A stretch of 64,000 nt of DNA from Candidatus Woesearchaeota archaeon (GCA_964612895.1 CAZTFL010000001.1:177469-241468), one strand, 5' to 3'; shown: positions 10,031 to 20,238, counted from the first letter of the stretch. The notes: generated from the sequence alone by a model not told the origin. Numbers and translations are program-made.

Positions 10031-10065
10031 AAACTCATTTATTTTTTTTGAGTTTTTTATTTTTT
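10031..10065 (+). terminator. Hairpin plus T-tract terminator after paralog B
   Basis: AAACTCA..TGAGTTT plus T-run, same as 8742. Confidence 0.6.
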
Positions 10066-10146
10066 AATTTAAGCCGTAAGTATGATAAATATTGGATATT
10101 AGTAATTTCCCAAAATCTTTATATACTTTATTTGAATATCTTTATT

Positions 10147-11718
10147 ATGAAGGTGATTAAAGCTAGTAAGCATTCTTCAAAAAAGAAGATTATAAAATCT
10201 CCGTTAAAAAAACAAGAAATGATTTTTTTTATAATTAGTTCAGCACTTTTAATATCTGTTTTATATTTCTTTTTTTATCCTAAAAATACTGATGACTTGT
10301 CTATAACTCCAACTAATTTAACAAATATAAGACAAACAATAAATAGTTCTATAGATTCAATAGTATCAAATGATAGTGATGAAAAAGAATCGGATGATTT
10401 ATCACCTAAAGTAAATGGTGGGACTGGCTCTAAGGGGGGATACTCAAAACCAGTAGATCCAGTTATATTAAATGATTTTTTTAATGACACAGACATTATA
10501 GATTTAGGAGACGGAAGTTTATACACATTAAATTTATGGACAGGTGGAAATTGTTATAACGGTTCAAAAGACATATATTTTTCAGATTCTTGTAAAGGAG
10601 AAATGTTAACAGAATATTATATAGAAGAAGGCATTTGTATTTCAAGTGATATTAATTGTACTGCTTTGATGATGGAAGCGTATCCAGGGATAAAATCTTC
10701 TGATGTTGGATGTTCTGTTAATTCTTGTGGAGGAAAAATAGGAGGAATAAATTACGAAAAAAATTCTTATTGTTTTGATTATATTTCAAATGTTGTAAAA
10801 AAAGATGTCTGCCTTAATAATACATATTTGAAAGAATATAAATGGAATTCAAGTATTGGATGCGAATATAATCAAATAAATTGTTTAAATGAGGGATTTG
10901 ATGGATGTTTTAAAGGTGAGTGCGTAAATTACATATATGAGAGTTGTGATTCTGTATGTACCGAATTAGGTTATGATTTATACAATGAAGATTATACTAG
11001 TGTTTTAGAATGCGATAATTGGTTAGAAAACACCAAAATAGGTGGTGGAATAGATTATGGATATTATAAACCATTTAATGATAATAAAGGATGTTGTTGC
11101 GCGAACAAACCGTCAGAACAAAAATGTTTATATGAAGGATTTACAGGAGGAATTTTTAAAACAAGTTCTTTAGAATGTTCAAATTGGTTAACTGAAAATC
11201 ATTATGAAGATTTAGAGAGTGAATTTATTGAATTTGGAGGAAATGCACAAGCAGGTTCTTGTTGTTTTTTTGAATCATATAATGAAGATAATGAGAATTA
11301 TTTATTAAAGTCAAAGTGTTATAAAAATAGAACTCAAACATTTGAAGATTATTGTATTGATATTGATAGATTAATTGAAGTAATTTTATTAAAAACAATA
11401 TATAATGTTTCAGAAGGTTGTTTATATCAACAGATATCTTGTTCTGATAAGTATGGAGAAGATTCTTATTGTTCAAATGGGGCTTGTGTAGTTCCTGAAA
11501 TCGTTTTATCGACAGATAGTGATGGTGGAGAAGATTATTTTACAAAAGGAATATGTTTTGATGGGGAATCACACGAAGATTCATGTTATGGAAGGGCAAC
11601 TCCATATACTTCTTTAAAAGAATGGTATGTAAATAGAACAACAAATGAATGTTCATATAAAGTAATAGCCTGTAGTACAAAATTGTGTTCAGATGGAAGA
11701 TGTGTTTATAGAATTTGA
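10147..11718 (+). CDS. Single-TM, cysteine-rich repeat surface protein
   Basis: N-terminal TM; repeated DxC...L(K/T)E(Y/W)...C...C..GxC modules, DSDGGEDYFTKGIC. ATG 10147 preferred. Confidence 0.8.
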   Translation: MKVIKASKHSSKKKIIKSPLKKQEMIFFIISSALLISVLYFFFYPKNTDDLSITPTNLTNIRQTINSSIDSIVSNDSDEKESDDLSPKVNGGTGSKGGYSKPVDPVILNDFFNDTDIIDLGDGSLYTLNLWTGGNCYNGSKDIYFSDSCKGEMLTEYYIEEGICISSDINCTALMMEAYPGIKSSDVGCSVNSCGGKIGGINYEKNSYCFDYISNVVKKDVCLNNTYLKEYKWNSSIGCEYNQINCLNEGFDGCFKGECVNYIYESCDSVCTELGYDLYNEDYTSVLECDNWLENTKIGGGIDYGYYKPFNDNKGCCCANKPSEQKCLYEGFTGGIFKTSSLECSNWLTENHYEDLESEFIEFGGNAQAGSCCFFESYNEDNENYLLKSKCYKNRTQTFEDYCIDIDRLIEVILLKTIYNVSEGCLYQQISCSDKYGEDSYCSNGACVVPEIVLSTDSDGGEDYFTKGICFDGESHEDSCYGRATPYTSLKEWYVNRTTNECSYKVIACSTKLCSDGRCVYRI

Positions 11719-11760
11719 TTTTTAATATTTAAGTAATGATTTAGATGATTGGTTTTAGGT

Positions 11761-12606
11761 CTATTCTTTATTATTTTTCTTCCCTGTTAATCCTTCAACA
11801 TAAGCGTCTAATTCTTTTTTTCGTAATTCTATATTATCGAAATTTTCATTTAGTATTTTCTCTGCTTCTTTATTCTTTCCACCTAAACTTATTGATTTCT
11901 TTTTTGCGAAAAGTTTTATAACAAAGGTTGATACAGCAGGAAAAATCATCATTAAAACAATTAATATAACAAAAGTTATAGTAAAAGCGATTATTGTATT
12001 TTTTATTAAACCATTAACAAAACTAAAAAAATAAATTCCAAATCTAGCAAAATAATATGGGATATTTGATAAAAAGAATATAATAAATATAGTAAAACCA
12101 ATAAGGTAACTTGATGCTTTATTGTAGAAATCAATATATGTTGGAAATCTTAAAAATAAATAAACTAAACCCCATAATATACCTATAAAATTAAGCATAA
12201 ATAAAAAACTAATTTGTGGAGTCATTCTAAACAAGAATCTAAGCCATCCAACATTTTCATTTAACCATAAATTAATAGAATCAATCCTTTTTTGTGCTTC
12301 ACTTTTTCCAAAGTTTATGGCATTTGGATTTATTTTACCTGTATCAGAATTTATAAAGTTTGAAAATCCATCATTTATTTTATCAATAACTGGCAATTCA
12401 CCCAAAGGATTATCAGAAATTACATCAGAAGCAATTACAAAAGATGATAAATTTACAAATAAGAAAATAAAAAATAAAGAAATAAAAATTCTATAAAAAA
12501 ATTTTGACATTTGTTTTATATTGTCTGACATATATAAATTAATATCAGACTTTAAATCATTAATATATAATACTTGATTTTCGTCGTCCGTATCGTCTCT
12601 TTTCAT
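11761..12606 (-). CDS. Multi-pass membrane protein with charged C-terminal tail
   Basis: Signal/TM helix, soluble segment, 3 TM and a Lys/Glu tail; TATA about 23 nt upstream of 12606. Confidence 0.7.
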   Translation of the reverse strand: MKRDDTDDENQVLYINDLKSDINLYMSDNIKQMSKFFYRIFISLFFIFLFVNLSSFVIASDVISDNPLGELPVIDKINDGFSNFINSDTGKINPNAINFGKSEAQKRIDSINLWLNENVGWLRFLFRMTPQISFLFMLNFIGILWGLVYLFLRFPTYIDFYNKASSYLIGFTIFIIFFLSNIPYYFARFGIYFFSFVNGLIKNTIIAFTITFVILIVLMMIFPAVSTFVIKLFAKKKSISLGGKNKEAEKILNENFDNIELRKKELDAYVEGLTGKKNNKE

Positions 12607-12680
12607 TTGAAGGAAAGTCTAATGAAGTTTATAAAATTTCCTACCAAAACAATTATAAACATTTTATTATTCAACTAAAT

Positions 12681-13373
12681 ATGAGGAGATTCTTGTTGTT
12701 TTTATTTATTAATTTGCTATTATTTTCTTTTGTTTTTTCAGCAGAAACTGAAAACATAAATGTTCAGACAAATCAAGAAATATCAAATTTAAGTGATGTT
12801 TTAAACTCTGAAAATTATGAAATATTAAAAAGTGGATTGAAAAATGAATTTGATTATATTAAGGGTGAATCAGTAAAAACTCCAATTCCAGATTCTCTTT
12901 ATTCTCTGTCAAAATCTTTAGGTATTGTTGAAGGTGATGAACAAATTGCTCTTGAAAACCTCTTAATATATCTTTCAATATGTTTCTTGATATTTCTGAT
13001 TATAACTTCATTTTCTATGGAAATACCAATAGGAAATACTTTTTCAAAAATAGTTTCTGGAATAGCAATTTCTCTTTTAGGAATTAGAGGTGGTGGGGCT
13101 TTATTAGCATATAATTATGTCTATAAAAATTTAGAATCTACAGCATCTGCTTTTACAAGTAAAAAATTTGTATATATTCTTTTAGGATCTATAACATTAT
13201 TAATAATATCTAAAATAATTTCTCATTTTTTAAAAAAAGCAAAAGAAGAAACCAAATTAGATGAAATGAAAATAGAAGGCGAAAAAATAAAAAAGGCAAA
13301 AGAAAGTATTGAATTTGATAAAAAATTATCTGAAATTAAAACAGGACAAATAGATTTAAGAAAAATAAAGTAA
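12681..13373 (+). CDS. Signal peptide plus 3-TM membrane protein with coiled-coil tail
   Basis: MRRFLLFLF..VFSA signal; SLLGIRGG motif like paralogs A and B. Confidence 0.75.
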   Translation: MRRFLLFLFINLLLFSFVFSAETENINVQTNQEISNLSDVLNSENYEILKSGLKNEFDYIKGESVKTPIPDSLYSLSKSLGIVEGDEQIALENLLIYLSICFLIFLIITSFSMEIPIGNTFSKIVSGIAISLLGIRGGGALLAYNYVYKNLESTASAFTSKKFVYILLGSITLLIISKIISHFLKKAKEETKLDEMKIEGEKIKKAKESIEFDKKLSEIKTGQIDLRKIK

Positions 13374-13431
13374 AATTTTTAGTATTTATTAGAATAGTCA
13401 TATTTAAAAAAAATAAAAATTAATTATATAT

Positions 13432-14607
13432 ATGGTAACATATTCGCATTCAAGATTGTCTACTTATGAAAATTGTCCGTATAAATATAAACTTCAATAT
13501 ATAGATAAAATAAAACCAGAAATTCAAAATACAATTGAAGCATTTATGGGAGATTTAGTTCATAGAACTTTAGAAAAATTGTATAAAGATAAAAAATTTA
13601 ATAAAAAAGTTTCTAAATCTATTTTAATTTCCTATTATAAAGAATTATGGATTAAGGAATTCTCTAAGGATATACTAATTGCAAAAGCATCTCAAGGATT
13701 AAGTTCTGAAAATTATAAAAAAATGGGTATCAAATTTATATCTGATTATTATGATAGAATGAAACCATTTAATCAATTAACTATATTAGATTTAGAAACA
13801 CAAGATAGAATGACATTATCGGACGGAAATCAATGGCATGTGAGAATAGATAAATTTGCTTGTGATTCAGAGGGAAACTATTTCGTTTGTGATTATAAAA
13901 CAAATTCTAAAATGAAAGAGCAAGAAGAAGCTGATTCAGATAGACAATTAGCAATGTATTCAATATGGGTTAAAGATAAATTCAAAGATTGTAAATCAGT
14001 AAAATTAGTTTGGCATATGTTAGCATTCAACAAAGATGTAATTTCAGAAAGAAATGAAGAGCAACTCCAAAAACTACAAGAAGATATTATAAACAAGATT
14101 AAAGAAATAGAAGAAAATAAAAAATTTAATACAAATGTGACGGCACTTTGTGATTATTGTGGATATAAATCAATTTGTCCGAGTTTTAAACACGAAATAG
14201 AATTAGAAAATAAAACTACAATTGAAGATTTTAAAGAAGACGATGGATTAAAGTTTGTTGACGAATTATCAGAAATTAAAAGAAAATTAAAAGAATTAGA
14301 AGATAAACAAAATGAACTAAAAGAGAAAATTGTATCATTTTCAAAACAAAAGGATATAGATGTTATTTATGGTTCAAACATGAAATGTTCTGTTAAAGAA
14401 TTTGAAAAAATTGTTCTTCCGGAAGATAAAACTCAATTAATAAATATATTAAAAGAAAAAAAAATATGGGATGAATTATCTATGATTAATTTTATGGGAT
14501 TACAATCAAAAATATTAAAAGGACAATTAAATGAATTAAAAAACAATGTACAAATTGAAAAAGATTATAGAATAACTCTTAGTAAACGGAAAGATGAAGA
14601 TGAATAA
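13432..14607 (+). CDS. RecB/Cas4-like PD-(D/E)XK nuclease with Fe-S staple
   Basis: YSHSRL..ENCPYKY, RIDKF, VCDYKT, QLAMY, CDYCGYKSICP; C-terminal coiled coil. Confidence 0.88.
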   Translation: MVTYSHSRLSTYENCPYKYKLQYIDKIKPEIQNTIEAFMGDLVHRTLEKLYKDKKFNKKVSKSILISYYKELWIKEFSKDILIAKASQGLSSENYKKMGIKFISDYYDRMKPFNQLTILDLETQDRMTLSDGNQWHVRIDKFACDSEGNYFVCDYKTNSKMKEQEEADSDRQLAMYSIWVKDKFKDCKSVKLVWHMLAFNKDVISERNEEQLQKLQEDIINKIKEIEENKKFNTNVTALCDYCGYKSICPSFKHEIELENKTTIEDFKEDDGLKFVDELSEIKRKLKELEDKQNELKEKIVSFSKQKDIDVIYGSNMKCSVKEFEKIVLPEDKTQLINILKEKKIWDELSMINFMGLQSKILKGQLNELKNNVQIEKDYRITLSKRKDEDE

Positions 14608-15520
14608 AAAAATAGGGAATATTAATATAAAAAATCAGTTTATTCTTGCCCCAATGGCTGCTGTAAATTGTACTTCATTTAGAATGTTATGTAAGGAACA
14701 TGGAGCTGGATTAATTTATACACAAATGTTAGATAGTGATATTTTTTCAAAAAAAACAAGTGAAGAGGTAAAAAATATACTAAATATACAAGATATTGAG
14801 AGGCCTATTTCTATTCAAATAATCGGATCAAATATTGATAATATAATAAAAACAGCGAAGTTAATAGAACCTTATTCAGATATTATTGATTTTAATATTG
14901 GGTGTGCATTAGACGAATATCTATCAAAGGGATGTGGCGGAGCATTATTAAATGATTTAATTAAATTAGAAAATATCGTAAGAACATTAGTTAAATCTGT
15001 AAATAAACCTGTGACTTGTAAAATAAGAATTGGATTTGACGCTCAGAATATTAATGCAGTAAAAGTTTGTCAAATGCTTGAGTCTTGTGGAGTAAGCGCT
15101 ATTGCTATTCATGGTAGAACTGTACAACAAAAATATGCAAAAAAAGTAAATTGGACAATTATGAAACAAATAAAAGAGAAAGTTAAAATTCCAATAATTG
15201 CTAATGGGGATGTATTAAGTTATGAAAATGCAGAAGAATTATTAAAAAAGACGGGATGTGATTTTGTGATGATAGGAAGAGAAGCACAACATTCTCCATG
15301 GATTTTCAATAAGGAATTTATAATAAATAATGAGAATGTAAAAAAAGAAATATTAAGATTCATAGAATTATATCAAAAATATGAAAAGAGAGAATCTATT
15401 CAAGAAATTTCTCAACATGTTTTTTGGATGTTTAGAAATATAAAAACTTCTTTAAGACCACAATGGATATACGAGTGTAAAACTATAAAAGAAATAAAAG
15501 AATATTTAGATAGAATTTAA
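14594..15520 (+). CDS. dus: tRNA-dihydrouridine synthase (DusB-like)
   Basis: LAPMA, IDFNIGC, KIRIG, IHGRT, IIANGDV, VMIGR. Confidence 0.9.
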   Translation: MKMNKKIGNINIKNQFILAPMAAVNCTSFRMLCKEHGAGLIYTQMLDSDIFSKKTSEEVKNILNIQDIERPISIQIIGSNIDNIIKTAKLIEPYSDIIDFNIGCALDEYLSKGCGGALLNDLIKLENIVRTLVKSVNKPVTCKIRIGFDAQNINAVKVCQMLESCGVSAIAIHGRTVQQKYAKKVNWTIMKQIKEKVKIPIIANGDVLSYENAEELLKKTGCDFVMIGREAQHSPWIFNKEFIINNENVKKEILRFIELYQKYEKRESIQEISQHVFWMFRNIKTSLRPQWIYECKTIKEIKEYLDRI

Positions 15521-18162
15521 TCATCAAAATTCAATATATTTTTTTTGTTATTTATATTCTTTAATATATCAAATATTAGTATAAGTAATAATCCTAATCC
15601 TAAACTTACAATCCAGTCAGTTAAAGGTAAAGCATGTGTATCAAATGCTATATTCAAAGGGGTGTATATAATTAATATTGTAGCAATTATTGATATTAAA
15701 GAAGCGCCGGCTAGATATGGATTTATAATTGGAGAACGATTTAGTGTGGTTTTTCTAAAACTTCTAAAATTAAAAGCTCCAGCAATTTCAAGTAAAATTA
15801 AAGCAACTAATGCAGTTGTTCTAGCGTCAGAAATAGTTTGTCCTAATATGTTAAAAGTTATATAAAAAGATAACAATGTAAATGTGGCCATTATAGTTCC
15901 TGATATTATTAATAAAGTAAATAATTTTTTATTCAATATAGAAGCATTTCTCCTAGGTTTTTCATTCATTATATCATTTGATGAACGATTTAGTCCTAAA
16001 GTAATAGCTGGTAAATTATCAGTAACTATATTCATAAAAAGTATTTGTAATGCTAATAACAAAGGAACGGGCCATCCAAATACTGGAACTAATAAGACTC
16101 CAACAAATAATATCATCAATTCTGCATAATTACAAGATAGTTGATAAGTTACAAATTTTCTAATATTATTAAAAATAATTCTTCCCTCTTTTATCGCATC
16201 AACTAATGTAACAAAATTATCATCTTTTAGGGTTAAATCGGCAACAGAACGAGAGACATCGGTTCCATTTTTTCCCATAGCAACACCAATATGTGCTTCT
16301 TTTAGTGCAGGAGCATCATTAACACCATCCCCAGTCATTGTTACAATTTCTCCATGCTCTTTAAGTGCTTTTACTATTCTTAATTTATGTTCTGGTTTTA
16401 CTCTTGCAAAAATAACAGTTTTTGAAACAATTTTAAATAATTCTTTATCATTCATTTTATCTATTTCAAATCCTTCCAAAACCTTTCCATTCCCTAAGTT
16501 TATTTGTTTTGCAATGGCAATAGCAGTTTCTTTGTCATCTCCGGTAATCATTTTAATTTTAATTCCTGCTTTTTTACAAATTTCTAAAGCTTCTTTAACT
16601 CCATCTCTTGCTGGATCTTCAATTCCTACAAATCCTAAAAAAATTAAATCACTTTCCGATTCTTTAACAATATCATTTGATGAATTATTTTTATATGCAA
16701 AGGCAATTGTTCTTAAACATTCTTTTGTCATTTTAGCCTTTTCTTCTAAAATATATTTTTTGTCTCTTTCTAATAATCTAAAAATTCCATTTTCTTTTTG
16801 TATATATTTACAATTTTTTAATATATATTCGAGTGCTCCTTTAGAATACAATGTTTTTCCACCATTTTCTTTATATAAAATATGCATACACTTTCTTTCT
16901 GAAGAAAAAGGAATTTCATCAAATCTATTATTAAAATCTTCTGAATAAATATTAGCTTTTGATGCTAATACCAATAAAGATGCCTCTGTCGGGCTTCCTG
17001 TTATTTCAAAAATTTTATCTTCTCCACTCCTTCTTATTTTAGCATCGTTACATAATACACATGTTTTTAATAATAAATTTAGAATCTTATACTTAATATG
17101 ATCTATTTTTTTATTCCCAAATAGAAATTCACCATTTCCGTCATAGCCAACTCCACTTATATTAATAATATTATTGTCTACAAAAACTTTTTTTACAGTC
17201 ATTTCACCTTTGGTAATTGTGCCTGTTTTATCAGAACAAATAATTGTTGTTTCTCCAAGTGTTTCTATTATAGACATTCTGTTTACTATTACATTTTTTT
17301 GTGCCATTTTATATACGCCAATAGAAAGTGTTGTTATAAGTACAACAGGAAATCCCTCAGGAAAAGCAGAAACTGCAATTGCAATTACGAGAATTAAAAC
17401 TTCAATAATGGATTCTCTTGATATAGTTGATTGAAATAATGTAACAAATCCAGTGAGAAGAGCCATTACTATACCAATTATAGCCATATATTTTGAAATA
17501 TGATTTATCTTTTTTTGTAAGGGTAAATCTTTTTCTGCCTTTGAAATTAATCCAGCAATTTTCCCGAATTTAGAATTCATTCCAGTATGTGTAACGATTG
17601 CTTTACATTTACCATCTACGATAAAAGAGCCTGTAAAAATTAAATTTTGTTTGTTAGTAGTATTTAAATCACTCGTTGATACTTTTTTTATTTCATCAGA
17701 TTCTCCAGTAAGTATTGCTTCGTTTACTAATAAATTTTTCTCAGACAAGACAACACAATCTGCTGGAATTTTTTCACCTGTTCTTAAAACAATAATATCC
17801 CCGGGGACAATTTCTCTTGTTGAAATTTCTTTTTCTTCACCATTTCTAATAACGATAGAAATTGGCATAACCATTTCTTTTAATTTTTCTATAGATTTTT
17901 CGGCTTTAAATTCTTGAATAAATCCAGTAAAAATTACCATAGATATAACTCCCAATATTACATATGCTGTAACACTTTTCCCAACCAAAAAAGATAAAGT
18001 CATTGAGAAGAGTAATAAATATATTATAAAATTATTTTTTACTTGTCTAAATAAAATTTTTATTGGAGGAACTTTATTTGTATCTTTAATCTCATTAAAA
18101 CCATAACTTTCTAATCTCTCTTTAGCTTCTTTATCAGTTAAACCATTTATGTTAATTTTCAT
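15517..18162 (-). CDS. Cation-transporting P-type ATPase (P2, Ca2+-type)
   Basis: LTGES, PEGFP, CSDKTGT, MTGDGVNDAPALK, ILFMNIVTD. Confidence 0.95.
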   Translation of the reverse strand: MKININGLTDKEAKERLESYGFNEIKDTNKVPPIKILFRQVKNNFIIYLLLFSMTLSFLVGKSVTAYVILGVISMVIFTGFIQEFKAEKSIEKLKEMVMPISIVIRNGEEKEISTREIVPGDIIVLRTGEKIPADCVVLSEKNLLVNEAILTGESDEIKKVSTSDLNTTNKQNLIFTGSFIVDGKCKAIVTHTGMNSKFGKIAGLISKAEKDLPLQKKINHISKYMAIIGIVMALLTGFVTLFQSTISRESIIEVLILVIAIAVSAFPEGFPVVLITTLSIGVYKMAQKNVIVNRMSIIETLGETTIICSDKTGTITKGEMTVKKVFVDNNIINISGVGYDGNGEFLFGNKKIDHIKYKILNLLLKTCVLCNDAKIRRSGEDKIFEITGSPTEASLLVLASKANIYSEDFNNRFDEIPFSSERKCMHILYKENGGKTLYSKGALEYILKNCKYIQKENGIFRLLERDKKYILEEKAKMTKECLRTIAFAYKNNSSNDIVKESESDLIFLGFVGIEDPARDGVKEALEICKKAGIKIKMITGDDKETAIAIAKQINLGNGKVLEGFEIDKMNDKELFKIVSKTVIFARVKPEHKLRIVKALKEHGEIVTMTGDGVNDAPALKEAHIGVAMGKNGTDVSRSVADLTLKDDNFVTLVDAIKEGRIIFNNIRKFVTYQLSCNYAELMILFVGVLLVPVFGWPVPLLLALQILFMNIVTDNLPAITLGLNRSSNDIMNEKPRRNASILNKKLFTLLIISGTIMATFTLLSFYITFNILGQTISDARTTALVALILLEIAGAFNFRSFRKTTLNRSPIINPYLAGASLISIIATILIIYTPLNIAFDTHALPLTDWIVSLGLGLLLILIFDILKNINNKKNILNFDD

Positions 18163-18279
18163 TTTCTACATTGGGATGTAATATTTTAGTTTTATCGCTA
18201 AAAAAATATACTAATGTGTACAAATATATTATTTTCATCCTCTATTTTTATATCATTTAGGATTCTTTTATTTATAAGT

Positions 18280-18672
18280 TTATTGAGAATTTTGAAATTT
18301 TCTATAGAAATTATTTGATAATTCACTAAGTTCTAATTGTTGAAGATTTGTTAAATTATCAAACTTTTCATAACAGAAATTTTCTCCTCGTTCTGTTGTA
18401 CACATTCTACATAAATCATCACGATATTCTATATAATCTAAATAAACTAAATTAGAAATACTTTCCTGAATTTCTTCTGAATAAGGAGATATAGGAGAAC
18501 CATAAAATTTGACTCCTTTTAAGATACTCATATTATTATTTTTCTTTTGTTCATAAAAAAATTGATGTAAAGAGTGATCATTATTAAATTCAATTTTTTT
18601 ACTTTCTTGAGAAGGAATAAAAGTAAATAATAAAATTTCTTCCATATTTAAAGAATTATTTGGAATATCCAT
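18280..18672 (-). CDS. Hypothetical protein, possibly winged-helix DUF4065/YwgA-like
   Basis: F..SPISPYSEEIQESISNL resembles the GPYS..L..L motif. Confidence 0.5.
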   Translation of the reverse strand: MDIPNNSLNMEEILLFTFIPSQESKKIEFNNDHSLHQFFYEQKKNNNMSILKGVKFYGSPISPYSEEIQESISNLVYLDYIEYRDDLCRMCTTERGENFCYEKFDNLTNLQQLELSELSNNFYRKFQNSQ

Positions 18673-18732
18673 TATTTACATAAAATTTATTTATTTATAA
18701 AGATTATGTTTGTATAAATTTGAAAATGACGA

Positions 18733-20214
18733 CTAATTTTCAGAAGGTCTCATTAATGGAAATATTACCGTTTCTCTTATTGGTTTATTAATTAAAAAAG
18801 AAAATAATCTCTCAGAAACACCAAAACCACAAGCCGGAGGCATTCCGTATTTTAACGCTTCAACAAAACTATAATCATGTTCTTGAGCTTCAGAATCTCC
18901 AGCATCTTTTAATTCTCTTTGTCTTTTGAATCTCTCTTCTTGATCTAAAGGATCGTTTAATTCAGAATATCCATTTCCTACTTCAGAACCAGCTATTATT
19001 ACTTGAAATTGTTCAACTTTTTTTGAATCTTCTCTAGATCTTTTAGCTAATGGAGCCAATTCTACAGGCTGACCAACTAAAAATCCAGGACCAGCTATTT
19101 GTTTTCTACAATATTTCCATAAAATGTCAATTAATCTCCACTTGTCTACATTTGGATCAAATTCCATTTTGAGTTCATTTAACTTCTTTTCAATATCTTC
19201 TTTTGTAGAATTATAAATATCAATACCAGCCTTATTTTTTATTAATTGTTCATAATCATAAATATCCCATTTTTTATTAAAGTCAATCTCATAACCTCTA
19301 CAATTAAATTTGTGACATCCAAAAACATTTTTTACAATCTCTTTATATAATTCTTCAACTAATTTCATTCCGTCTTTATAATCGGCATAAGCCCAGTAAA
19401 ATTCTAGTTGAGAATAATCCTGTAAGTGTTCAGCATCCATTCCTTCATTTCTAAATTGTCTTCCAATTTCAAATGTTTTTTCATATCCAGCAACCAATAG
19501 TTTTTTTTGCCAAAGTTCACCCATTGAAATTCTTAAATAAACATCTAAATCTAAAGCATTATGATGAGTTTTAAAAGGAGTTGCTGCTGCTCCACCGGCT
19601 GTATTTTCTAAAACAGGAGTTTCAACTTCTAAAAATCCTTTACTTAGTAAGAAATTTCTTATTGTACTCCAAAACTTTTGTTTTTTAATAAAAATATCTT
19701 TTACGTCTTCATTCATAATAATATCTAGATATCTTTTTCTTAATCTATCTTCTTCATCTTTTAATCCATGAACTTTATCAGGTAAAGGTAAAATAGCTTT
19801 AGTCAACAAAGATAATTCTTTTACTAGAATAGAAATTTCACCCGTTTTTGTTTTCATAGGATTTCCTTTTATTCCAACAATATCTCCAATTCCAACATAA
19901 TTATTAAAAAAATCTATTAAATCATCTGAAACATGTCCTGATTGAAAAACTATCTGTATTGTTCCCTTTAAATCTTGAACTTTAGCAAAAGATAATTTTC
20001 CAAAACTTCTTACAAACATAATTCTACCAGCGATAAGGCATTCTTCATTTGAAATTTCTTCCTTACTTAAATTGGAAAATTTTTCATTAATATATAAACT
20101 AAAAACCTTCTCATTATGCCTCTCAAGTTTGTAAGAATATGGATTTATTCCCTTATTTTTTAATTCTTCTATCTTTCTTATTCTTTCACTTACTATATCA
20201 TCTTCTCTAGACAT
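18733..20214 (-). CDS. lysS: Lysine--tRNA ligase, class II
   Basis: OB-fold AGRIM..R.FGK, RYLD, FLEVETP, GGAAATPFKTH, FRNEG, YSELNDP, YGMPP. Confidence 0.96.
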   Translation of the reverse strand: MSREDDIVSERIRKIEELKNKGINPYSYKLERHNEKVFSLYINEKFSNLSKEEISNEECLIAGRIMFVRSFGKLSFAKVQDLKGTIQIVFQSGHVSDDLIDFFNNYVGIGDIVGIKGNPMKTKTGEISILVKELSLLTKAILPLPDKVHGLKDEEDRLRKRYLDIIMNEDVKDIFIKKQKFWSTIRNFLLSKGFLEVETPVLENTAGGAAATPFKTHHNALDLDVYLRISMGELWQKKLLVAGYEKTFEIGRQFRNEGMDAEHLQDYSQLEFYWAYADYKDGMKLVEELYKEIVKNVFGCHKFNCRGYEIDFNKKWDIYDYEQLIKNKAGIDIYNSTKEDIEKKLNELKMEFDPNVDKWRLIDILWKYCRKQIAGPGFLVGQPVELAPLAKRSREDSKKVEQFQVIIAGSEVGNGYSELNDPLDQEERFKRQRELKDAGDSEAQEHDYSFVEALKYGMPPACGFGVSERLFSFLINKPIRETVIFPLMRPSEN

Positions 20215-20238
20215 CTTAAAAATATGAAAACTAAGTTT

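Noticed and set aside
12523..12620. Hairpins (GTCTGA/TCAGAC, AGACTTT/AAAGTCT) suggesting a riboswitch-like leader
   Set aside because: A TATA box sits at leaderless spacing before ATG 12606, so the stretch is probably coding; the short stems could be chance.
13432..14607. CRISPR-Cas locus suggested by the Cas4-like nuclease
   Set aside because: No repeat-spacer array and no cas1/cas2 or effector genes in the window.
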